Shown piece by piece: positions 53,610 to 64,000 of a DNA stretch of 64,000 nt. The first letter of the stretch is position 1; every line of letters begins with the position of its first letter. Source of the DNA: Octopus sinensis (taxonomy: Eukaryota); assembly GCF_006345805.1 (NCBI RefSeq), contig NC_043020.1:12896001-12960000 (forward strand), written 5' to 3'. The notes beneath the pieces were generated by a model. It ran no database searches, was not told the origin of the DNA, and saw nothing but the letters and a program-made list of their open reading frames with translations. The position numbers and the translations under genes were made by a program.

Positions 53610-54402
53610 CCAAAACCCCGGAATTTTAGGGAAGGGGCTGGTCGTTTACATCGAATCCAGTGTTTGTCTGGTACCTATTTTATCGACCCCCAAAAGGTTG
53701 AAAGGCAAAGCTAACCTCGGTGGAATTTGAACTCAGAATATAAAGACGGACGAAATGCCGCTAAGCATTTTGTCCGGCGTGCTAAAAGTTCTGACAGTAA
53801 ACAAGTTGTGCTAGAATGTGTATTGGGGTTAATTGCGGAAACATTAGGGGACAATAAAACATGTTGATTTCAATCAAGGGGTCACTTAAATTAATAAGGG
53901 GTTTTAAGTAGCAACTTAAAAAGTGTAACAAAAACAAACTTTTGGTTGGTTTGAGCATAAATTTGGTTAAATATTTCGGCCAAATATGGCCTGTTTATAT
54001 ATTGAAATAGTTGTTTGTTCCTTTTCAAGCCACGCCTGGCTCATAAGGGCTGGTTTCCCAGTTTCCTTGGTGTATAGGTTCCCCACCTGGATGGGACGCC
54101 GGTCCGTTTCAGGTGAGCACAAAGGCAGGTTGGGTAACTGGAGATTATCAGCAGCCATAGAAAGAGGAGGAGGAGAAGGAGGAGGAGGAGGAGGAGAAGA
54201 AGGAGGAGGAGAAGGAGAAGGAAGAGGAGGAGGAGGAGGAGGAGGAGGAGAAGAAGAAGGAAGAGGAGGAGGAGAAGAAGAAGAAGGAGGAGGAGAAGGA
54301 AAAGGAAGAGGAGAAGGAGAAGGAGAAGGAAGAGGAGGGGGAGAAGGAGGAGGAGGATTTCTGTAATCTTCTAATTATTACATAATGTAACAAAGTTCTC
54401 AC

Positions 54403-54523
54403 TTGTATTGCAGTTCGAAGAGATTCGGCGGCACTTTCTCATCTGGATGTTTCCATGTAACTTCTTCGTAACCTGAGTTTAGTTTGTGTACGTAAGGTAG
54501 CGATGGCGGAGACGGGAATTCAA
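54403..54523 (-). CDS. ROS1: ROS1-like exon, start of membrane-proximal FN3 (VEFPSPPSLPYVHKLNSGYEEVTWKHPDEKVPPNLFELQY); not in the ORF track
   Basis: Polypyrimidine tract plus CAG, GTGAGA donor; 121 nt, phase 1 to 2, bridges both neighbouring exons exactly. Confidence 0.85.
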
Positions 54524-54685
54524 CTGGAACGGTAAGAAAGAGAAAAAAGGAAAAAAAAAAAAAAAGAGAAAGATGATTTATTGCTTGAGAAATTTTGATA
54601 TTTTTTATTTGAAAAAAAAAAACAAAAACAAAATAGAAAATGTTTCTAAAAGCAATATTTATTGATACACTCCTTGAAATCTAAT

Positions 54686-55071
54686 CAAGGAAGCACTCCG
54701 TCGGTTGCGACGATGAGGGTTCCGGTTGATCCGAATCAACGGAACAGCCTGCTCGTGAAATTAACGTGTAAGTGGCTGAGCACTCCACAGACACGTGTAC
54801 CCTTAACGTAGTTCTCGGGGATATTCAGCGTGACACAGAGAGTGACAAGGCCGGCCCTTTGAAATACAGGTACAACAGAAACAGGAAGTAAGAGTGAGAG
54901 AAAGTTGTGGTGAAAGAGTACAGCAGGGATCACCACCATCCCCTGCCGGAGCCTCGTGGAGCTTTAGGTGTTTTCGCTCAATAAACACTCACAATGCCCG
55001 GTCTGGGAATCGAAACCACGATCCTATGACCGCGAGTCCGCTGCCCTAACCACTGGGCCATTGCGCCCCCA
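54686..55071 (-). mobile_element. Full-length SINE, same family
   Basis: TSD CTTGAAATCTAAT. Confidence 0.9.
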
Positions 55072-55603
55072 CTTGAAATCTAATACAGAGAGAGATAACA
55101 GGGTGGACACCAGAGGTGGTGCTATGCTAAGAGAAGTAAAGCTGAGCTTGGAGGAGGTGATACTTGGGGGTGGGGGTTAGTGATTTATCGATGGGGAAAC
55201 TGTAGGGTGCGAATGAAAGACGATAGAAATGGTCAATGAAGAGAAAACTGCGGAGAACTGACAAAATGAAAAACTGAAAAATGAAAAAAAAAAAAAAACA
55301 TTAAAAAATATTTAAAAAAATTTTTTAAAAATTAGAAAATGAAATTAAAATGAAAAGATGATGGGAAACTGAGGTATTACTCTTTACTCTTTACTCTTTT
55401 ACTCTTTTACTTGTTTCAGTCATTTGACTGCGGCCATGCTGGAGCACCGCCTTTAATCGATCAACTCAACCCCAGCACTTATTCTTTTGTAAGCCCAGTA
55501 CTTATTCTATCGGTCCCTTTTACTGAACCGCTAAGTAACAGGGACATAAACACACCAGCATCGGTTGTCAAGCAATGCTAGGAGAACAAACACAGACACA
55601 CAA

Positions 55604-55641
<38 letters not shown>

Positions 55642-57124
55642 GGCTGTGTGGTAAGTAGCTTGCTAACCAACCACATGGTTCCGGGTTCAGTCCCACTGTG
55701 TGGCATCTTGGGCAAGTGTCTTCTGCTATAGCCCCGGGCCGACCAATGCCTTGTGAGTGGATTTGGTAGACGGAAACTGAAAGAAGCCTGTCGTATATAT
55801 GTATATATATATATAAGTGTGTGTGTGTATATGTTTGTGTGTCTGTGTTTGTCCCCCTAGCATTGCTTGACAACCGATGCTGGTGTGTTTATGTCCCCAT
55901 CACTTAGCGGTTCGGCAAAAGAGACCGATAGAATAAGTACTGGACTTACAAAGAATAAGTCCCGGGGTCGATTTGCTCGACTAAAAGGCGGTGCTCCAGC
56001 ATGGCCGCAGTCACATGACTGAAACAAGTAAAAGAGTAAAAGAGTAATATATACGATGGGCTTCTTTCAGTTTCCTTCTACCAAATCCACTCACAAGGCT
56101 TTGGTCGGCCTGAGGCTATAGTAGAAGACACTTGCCCAGGGTGCCACGCAGTGGGACTGAACCCAGAACCATGTGGTTGGTAAACAAGCTACTTACCACA
56201 CAGCCACTCAGTATAAATATCTTATATTCCTTAAGATATCTGTCAGAAATTTTGGCAGTAACTGGAGGATGTATTATGCAAGTGATAAGGAGGGTGTGAT
56301 AAGGAGGGCAGATCAAGGTGGTAAACCAAAGACTATCCCAAGAATTCCACCTGGAACTAATTGAAATGTTGCTGTTGCTGTTGCTGTTGAGCGAAGCGGT
56401 CTTCGTCCCAGAGCTCGCAAGATGGGAGAAGTCCGAAACGTGGTCCTTTGCTATTCGTAACACCCGCAGAAGAGAAAGCAGGTCAACCCCCGACACCGAG
56501 AGCATCGACAGATGGACGAATGCGCATCCGGGCTCAGCGGCTGCGTAGGAAGTCGGGGACAAGAAACAGGAAGGAAGAATGAGAGAAAGTTGGAGCGAAA
56601 GAGTACAACAGGGGTCGCCACCACCTCCTGCCGGAGCCTCTTGGAGCTTTAGGTGAAATGTTGTGCCCGGGACATGACCAAGTTATTAGAGAAAAATTAA
56701 AAAACAAAAACGCTTTGACAAACGAAAACAAAACAAATGAGTTACTGTTTAACTAAATTAAACAAGCAATCAATTAAATAATTAGATAATTAACCAATTG
56801 ACTGTGCCTCTCTCATATTTTGAACACCTAGCATAAAGTCACTTCTCTCTCACTCTCTCTCTCTCTCTCAAATAGACCTCCACCCTATAATTTTTCCTTT
56901 TCCTTTTTCTCTATTCTTGTTTTGTCTTGCATGTTATCTGGCAACCTCACTAGTGCTGGTGGCATAAGAAAATCACCCTGTACTACACACTCTATAAAGT
57001 AGACAGTGTTAGGAAGGGCATCTAACAATTAGATCCATACTTTAGCTGACACTGGAGCCTAACATGGCTCTGCAGACCTTGCCAAAGCATTCAACCCATG
57101 CCAGCATGGTAAATGGACGTTAAG

Positions 57125-57156
<32 letters not shown>

Positions 57157-57173
57157 GTGTATACACAGACACA

Positions 57174-57720
57174 GAGTGAGAAAATATCACTGAACACATG
57201 TGGTTCTAGATACATGAATTTAATAACGGTTTAACTCAGCACCACATGAAGTTTCATGGCCATGTAGACCATATCCCTCTCATCAGATGTTTGAGGACAC
57301 ACACACACATGCACACACACACACACACATACACACACACATACACACACACACAGTGAGTGAGAAAATGGAAGAAAATATCACTGAACACATGTGGTTC
57401 TGGACACATGAATTCAATGACAGTTTAACTCAGCACCACATGAAGTTTCATGGCCATGTAGACCATATCCCTCTCATCAGATGTTTGAGGACACACACAC
57501 ACACACATGCACACACACACACACATGCACACACACACATACACATGCACACACACACATACACACACACACAGTGAGTGAGAAAATGGAAGAAAATAGC
57601 ACTGGACACATGTGGTTCTGGACACATGAATTCAATGACAGTTTAACTCAGCACCACATGAATTTTCATGGTCATCATCAGATGTTTGAGGACACACACA
57701 CGCACACACACGCACGCACA
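57174..57720. repeat. Three tandem units of about 190-215 bp, each ending in (CA)n
   Basis: Direct reading. Confidence 0.88.
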
Positions 57721-57863
57721 TACACACACATACATGCACGCGCGCACACATGTACACGCACAGCTATACATGATCAGTAAACAGTCCAGCAACATCTCAC
57801 CCTCACTATCATCTTCACTGGGAAAAGAACCAAGAAACTAGGGGATCAAAGAGTTTTACTTAC

Positions 57864-58071
57864 CAAGTGTTCTTATTGAATAAAGAAGGCTGCTATTAAA
57901 GTGAGGCCAATGTTTTTTAAGTTCAATGTGGTTATGGTACCTAATTCGGACCGCAAATTCATATAAACTATTCGGTTCAAGGTTGGAAAAGAACATTGTG
58001 AAAGTTTTGTTTCGTTCCGGCTGTACAATAAATTGCAGCCTTTGTGAATTCCATTTACGCATTGTGACGTT
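57864..58071 (-). CDS. ROS1: ROS1-like exon, FN3 (NVTMRKW...SNLEPNSLYEFAVRIRY...SIRTL)
   Basis: CAG acceptor, GTAAGT donor; 208 nt, phase 0 to 1; NLEPxxxYxFxV motif. Confidence 0.88.
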
Positions 58072-58445
58072 CTGTGAATGGAGAGAAAACAAATCATTAT
58101 TTGGTGATAAAAAAGAATTTCATTTTGTGAAATGAAAGCAATTAGAAAGAAAAAGCAAATATTTCCCTTAAGGCTTTCTCTTATTTTTTCGTGCATACCA
58201 CCAACCTCCACCTAACACATTGTTGTCAGGCTAAGATCTTGTCGACTTATAAGTTTAGCGAAGTGATTTCAGCCAAGACTGTCCCTTCTTTCAGACAGTG
58301 TACAACCCCCACACACAATACCACATTATCAAATATGTAGTCCCTTCTTATAAGAGTTTGGAAAGTGATTTGAGAGAGATTTTAGCTACTATTTTTAATA
58401 AATCAAGAAACTTTCTTTCACACACATCCAAATATTTCCAACTTC

Positions 58446-58795
58446 TGTCCAATAAGTATTATCCCAGATGTCCAATAAGTATTATCCTAGATGTCAAATA
58501 AGTATTATTCCAGATGTCCAATAAATATTATCCCAGATGTCCAATAAGTATTATCACAGATGTCAAATAAATATTATCCCAGATGTCCAATAAATATTAT
58601 CCCAGATGTCCAATAAGTATTATCCCAGATGTCCAATAAATATTATCCCAGATGTCCAATAAGTATTATCCCAGATGTCCAATAATTATTGTCCCAGGTG
58701 TCCAATATGTATTATACCAGATGTCCAATAAGTATTATCCTAGATGTCCAATAAGAATTATCCCAGATGTTCAATAAATATTGCCCCAGATGTCT
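58446..58795. repeat. 23-bp minisatellite (TGTCCAATAAGTATTATCCCAGA) about x15
   Basis: Head-to-tail copies without spacers. Confidence 0.92.
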
Positions 58796-59311
58796 AATCA
58801 ATAAAATTATGTTCAATGAATATGGATTTCATTGATAAAGTATGATTGGAGTTGATGTAATTGACTTACCCCTCCCCTGAAATTGCTGGCCTAGTGCCAA
58901 ACCTTGAAATCATTGTTATTATTGTTAACGGCTGTTTGGTTTAGATAACAAGTTGGCAGAATCATTAGCATGCTGGGCAAAATTCCTAGTGGTATTTTGT
59001 GTGTCTTTATGTTCTGAATTCAATCTGAGTTCAATGCCACAAGCGGGCCAACTTTACCTTTCATTTTTTGGAATTGATAAAATAAGTACCAGTTGAGTAC
59101 TGGGGTTAATGTAATCGATTTGCCCCCTCCCTTGTGCCAAAATCTGAAACTAATATTACTGTTCTATCTTCAGCATATCGGACAATATGATTAGCAGCAT
59201 TTCGTTCATCTGAGTTCAAATTCTGCCATGGTTGACTTACCCAGTCCCACTAAAATTGCTGGCCTTGTGCCAAAATTTGAAATCATTATTAAAAGACTGT
59301 TAGCAATATAT

Positions 59312-59665
59312 GCGTGGCATCTTGGGCAAGTGTCTTTTGCTATAGCCCCGGGCCGACCAATGCCTTGTGAGTGGATTTGGTAGACGGAAACTGAAAGAAG
59401 CCTGTCGTATATATGTATATATATGTGAGTGTGTGTGTATATGTTTGTGTGTCTGTGTTTGTCCCCCTAGCATTGCTTGACAACCGATGCTGTTGTGTTT
59501 ACGTCCCCGTCACTTAGCGGTTCGGCAAAAGAGACCGATAGAATAAGTACTGGGCTTACAAAAGAATAAGTCCCGGGGTCGATTTGCTCGACTAAAGGCG
59601 GTGCTCCAGCATGGCCGCAGTCAAATGACTGAAACAAGTAAAAGGGTAAAAGAGTAAAAGAGTAA
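59312..59665 (+). mobile_element. SINE (5'-truncated), young subfamily
   Basis: Shares diagnostic bases with 61141-61555 and 55641-56045. Confidence 0.9.
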
Positions 59666-59682
59666 TAGCAAACATCCGTTAC

Positions 59683-59856
59683 CTTATTGATGATCAGAAA
59701 TGTATGAATTGGTGTATCAGCAGGTGTTGTCCAAGAAACGTATACAGATGTTGCTGTGATATTGTGAAACCCGATTGGCGACAGATGCTTCGCAGTTTTG
59801 TTTGTTGCTTCCAGGGTATTGCTGCACCATTTTATTTCACTTTCGCAAGCTTTTGC
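59683..59856 (-). CDS. ROS1: ROS1-like exon, FN3 end/start (AKACESEIKW...ITATSVYVSWTTP...INK)
   Basis: CAG acceptor, GTAACG donor; 174 nt, phase 0 to 0; joins YKIQ|AKAC in frame. Confidence 0.85.
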
Positions 59857-60850
59857 CTGTGTTGACATAAGAGGTGAAATGCTAGATGTTAGATGTCAGA
59901 GGTCGAAAGATGTGAAACAAATGTTTATATGTTAAAAAAGCACAGATATGAAGAAATCAGTTTTTAAAGACAAAAATATATCCATTACTATCATATTACA
60001 ATATATAATTTATACATACATGCCTTTCTTCCCTTGGACACAAAGACCTGTTGAGGCAAGCGAAGTCGATATAGAACCTCATTCGACGACAGGCACCCAT
60101 GCCAACCCCCTTTGCTTGCGAAGACATGTTGGGGCAAGCGAAATCGATATCGAATTGAACCAGCCAGGATCCAAGGTCTGGTGGTACGTAAAAAGCACTA
60201 TCCGACTCGTGGCCGATGCCAGCGCCGCCTCGACTGGCCTCCGTGCCGGTGGCATGTAAAATACACCAATCCGACCGTGGCCGTTGCCAGCCTCGCCTGG
60301 TACCTGTGCAGGTGGCACGTAAAAAGCACCCACTACACTCACGGAGTGGTTGGCATTAGGAAGGGCATCCAGCTGTAGAAACATTGCCAGATAAGACTGG
60401 AGCCTGGTGCAGCCTTCTGGCTTCCCAGATCCCCGGTCGAACCATCCAACCCATGCTAGCATGGAGAACGGACGTTAAACGATGATGATGATGATGATGA
60501 TACATACATACATACACACATACATACATACATACATATATATATTCTTCAGTCAGAAGATAAATTCTAATACCTTAATGTTCTTAACCTTCAAATCAAC
60601 ATCTTAGTCTATATATCTACCCTCTTTATCATGTTATCAATTAACATGAAAATAAGTGTATGTATTGAGAATTGGTACCAGGCTTTAAAAAAACAAAACA
60701 TAACAAAAAAAAAAAAAGTACTGGGATTGATACGTTTGACTAAAAATTCCTCAGAGCGGTGCCCCAGCATGGCCGCCGTAGTCCAATATCTGAAACAAGC
60801 AAAAAAGATTAAAGATTAAGTAAATAAGTATTTGCAAAACATTTTCTTAC

Positions 60851-61107
60851 CTGAATCTTATATTCATGTTCTGGTTTCAAGTTTTTGAGAATATATTCCA
60901 GGGTATTCGACTCACTTCTATAAATTTTACTATGAAGCAGCTTGATGGTGTTCTTTTGGATCTCTCCTGTGCTCAGGGTTGTAGTGGATGTGACCACATA
61001 CACTAATAAGTTTACATTGCCATTAGGCTGCACAGGAGGTTTCCAACTTATTTTGATGTCTTCATAAGTCAAAGTAAAGGCTTCGAGATTTCGGATTGAT
61101 GTAGGAA
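60851..61107 (-). CDS. ROS1: ROS1/Sevenless-like RTK exon, fibronectin type III repeat (PTSIRNLEAF...ISWKPPVQPNG...LKNLKPEHEYKIQ)
   Basis: AG acceptor after a poly-T tract, GTAAGA donor; 257 nt, phase 1 to 0; FN3 motifs WxPPxxPNG and LxNLxPxxxY. Confidence 0.88.
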
Positions 61108-61140
61108 CTGGAATCGAAAAAAAAAAAAAATTAACGATAT

Positions 61141-61555
61141 ACTCTTTTACTCTTTACTCTTTTATACTCTTTTACTTGTTTCAGTCATTTGACTGCGGCC
61201 ATGCTGGAGCACCGCCTTTAGTCGAGCAAATCGACCCCGGGACTTATTCTTTGTAAGCCCAGTACTTATTCTATCGGTCTCTTTTGCCGAACCGCTAAGT
61301 GACGGGGACGTAAACACACCAGCATCGGTTGTCAAGCAATGCTAGGGGGACAAACACAGACACACAAACACATACACACACATATATATATACATATACG
61401 ACAGGCTTCTTTCAGTTTCCGTCTACCAAATCCACTCACAAGGCATTGGTCGGCCCGGGGCTACAGCAGAAGACACTTGCCCAAGATGCCACGCAGTGGG
61501 ACTGAACCCGGAACCATGTAGTTGGTTAGCAAGCTACTTACCACACAGCCACTCC
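61141..61555 (-). mobile_element. SINE, young subfamily
   Basis: Reverse complement of 59312-59665 plus the head. Confidence 0.9.
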
Positions 61556-61840
61556 TTAATAATGTTTTTTTTTTTTTTCAAATTTTGGCAGAAGGCCAAC
61601 AATTTCAGAGGAGGTGACAGTGGGGGTGGGTGGGGGGTGGGGTGAATCGATTACATCAACCCCGGTGCTCAACTGGTACTTATTATTTTTTATCGACAAC
61701 CTAAGGGATGAAATTTCAATGTTGCCCTTGGTGGAATTTGAACTCAGACTGTGAAGACATGAAATGCTGCTAAGCATTTTGTCCAGTATACTAACAATTC
61801 TGCCAGCTGTCCATCTTAATAATAATGATGATGATGATGG

Positions 61841-61917
<77 letters not shown>

Positions 61918-61946
61918 TGATGATGATGATGATGATGATGACGATG

Positions 61947-61983
<37 letters not shown>

Positions 61984-62046
61984 TGATGATGATGATGATG
62001 ATGACGATGACGATGATAATAATAATAATAATAATAATATGATGAT

Positions 62047-62088
<42 letters not shown>

Positions 62089-62121
62089 GATGATGATGAT
62101 GATATAATAATAATAATAATA

Positions 62122-62173
<52 letters not shown>

Positions 62174-62205
62174 CGATGATGATAATAATAATAATAATAA
62201 TAATA

Positions 62206-62260
<55 letters not shown>

Positions 62261-62386
62261 CGATGATGATAATAATAATAATAATGAATGATGATGATGA
62301 TGATGATGATGATGATGTGATGATGATGATGATGATTGATGATGATGATGATGATGACGACGACGATGATAATAATAATAATAATA

Positions 62387-62423
<37 letters not shown>

Positions 62424-62446
62424 CGATGATAATAATAATAATAATA

Positions 62447-62489
<43 letters not shown>

Positions 62490-62518
62490 CGATGATAATA
62501 ATAATAATAATAATAATA

Positions 62519-62573
<55 letters not shown>

Positions 62574-62602
62574 CGATGATGATAATAATAATAATAATAA
62601 TA

Positions 62603-62660
<58 letters not shown>

Positions 62661-62668
62661 CGATGATG

Positions 62669-62751
<83 letters not shown>

Positions 62752-62767
62752 AATAATAATAATAATA

Positions 62768-62808
<41 letters not shown>

Positions 62809-62830
62809 AATAATAATAATAATAATAATA

Positions 62831-62864
<34 letters not shown>

Positions 62865-62869
62865 CGATG

Positions 62870-62955
<86 letters not shown>

Positions 62956-62973
62956 AATAATAATAAAATAATA

Positions 62974-63014
<41 letters not shown>

Positions 63015-63036
63015 AATAATAATAATAATAATAATA

Positions 63037-63073
<37 letters not shown>

Positions 63074-63078
63074 CGATG

Positions 63079-63116
<38 letters not shown>

Positions 63117-64000
63117 CTGAGACCCAAGGCTAGCAATTTTAGTGTAGTGGGGGACTTAATTATATTAACCTCAGTGCTCAGCTTCTTATTAACTCCAAAA
63201 GGATGAAAGGCAAAGTTGACCTTGGTAGAATTTGAACTCAGAATGTAAAGATACCCTTTACACTTTTACTCTCTTTTACTTGTTTCAGTCATTAGTCTGT
63301 GGCCAAGCTGGAGTGCTGCCTTGAAGAATTTTACTCAAACAAATCGACCTCAGTACTTACTCTTTTACTTGTTTCAGTCATTGACTGCGGCCATGCTGGA
63401 GCACCGCCTTTAGTCGAGCAAATCGACCCCGGGACTTATTCTTTGTAAGCCCAGTACTTATTCTATCGGTCTCTTTTGCCGAACCGCTAAGTGACGGGGA
63501 CGTAAACACACCAGCATCGGTTGTCAAGCAATGCTAGGGGGACAAACACAGACACACAAACACATACACACACATATATATACATATATACGACAGGCTT
63601 CTTTCAGTTTCCGTCTACCAAATCCACTCACAAGGCATTGGTCGGCCCGGGGCTACAGCAGAAGACACTTGCCCAAGATGCCACGCAGTGGGACTGAACC
63701 CGGAACCATGTAGTTGGTTAGCAAGCTACTTACCACACAGCCACTCCTTAATAATGTTTTTTTTTTTTTCAAATTTTGGCAGAAGGCCAACAATTTCAGA
63801 GGAGGTGACAGTGGGGGTGGGTGGGGGGTGGGGTGAATCGATTACATCAACCCCGGTGCTCAACTGGTACTTATTATTTTTTATCGACAACCTAAGGGAT
63901 GAAATTTCAATGTTGCCCTTGGTGGAATTTGAACTCAGACTGTGAAGACATGAAATGCTGCTAAGCATTTTGTCCAGTATACTAACAATTCTGCCAGCTG
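61170..64000. repeat. Direct duplication 61170-61810 / 63360-64000, runs to the window edge
   Basis: Same SINE plus SINE junction repeated almost base for base. Confidence 0.9.
61818..63116. repeat. 1.3-kb compound (GAT)n/(AAT)n microsatellite
   Basis: Alternating blocks; source of the long spurious poly-amino-acid ORFs. Confidence 0.95.

Noticed and set aside
57235-57295. Hammerhead-like CTGATGA...GAAAC on the minus strand of the 57.2-kb tandem repeat
   Set aside because: Seven unpaired bases before stem II, GUG at the cleavage position and no convincing stem I
58446-58795. CRISPR-like regular repeat
   Set aside because: Head-to-tail 23-mers without spacers, eukaryotic intron, no cas genes
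61556-63136. Long ORFs (526, 357 and 211 aa)
   Set aside because: Translations of a GAT/AAT microsatellite; no coding signal

Overview
AT-rich, microsatellite- and SINE-dense eukaryotic DNA. The SINE families point to an octopus genome (inferred from repeat content only). The right part carries the 3' half of a ROS1/Sevenless-type receptor tyrosine kinase gene on the minus strand. Twelve exons (61107 down to 39846) have canonical GT-AG ends and splice in one continuous frame: FN3 repeats, transmembrane helix, juxtamembrane segment and a complete kinase domain. A candidate terminal exon lies near 38.0-38.1 kb; the 5' exons are beyond the window. The rest is tRNA-derived SINEs, decayed mariner/Tc1 elements, piggyBac-type and other MITEs, two non-autonomous Helitrons, LINE remnants, mini/microsatellites and three near-identical kb-scale duplications that may be assembly artefacts. 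The most notable signal is a set of sequence-unrelated type I hammerhead ribozyme motifs in short non-coding, often fold-back, Penelope-like elements: three with intact cores, plus degenerate copies. Two of the intact ones lie in the sense orientation inside ROS1 introns. Long hairpins and inverted SINE pairs also sit right next to ROS1 exons. All structures were folded by eye; no database or folding software was run.
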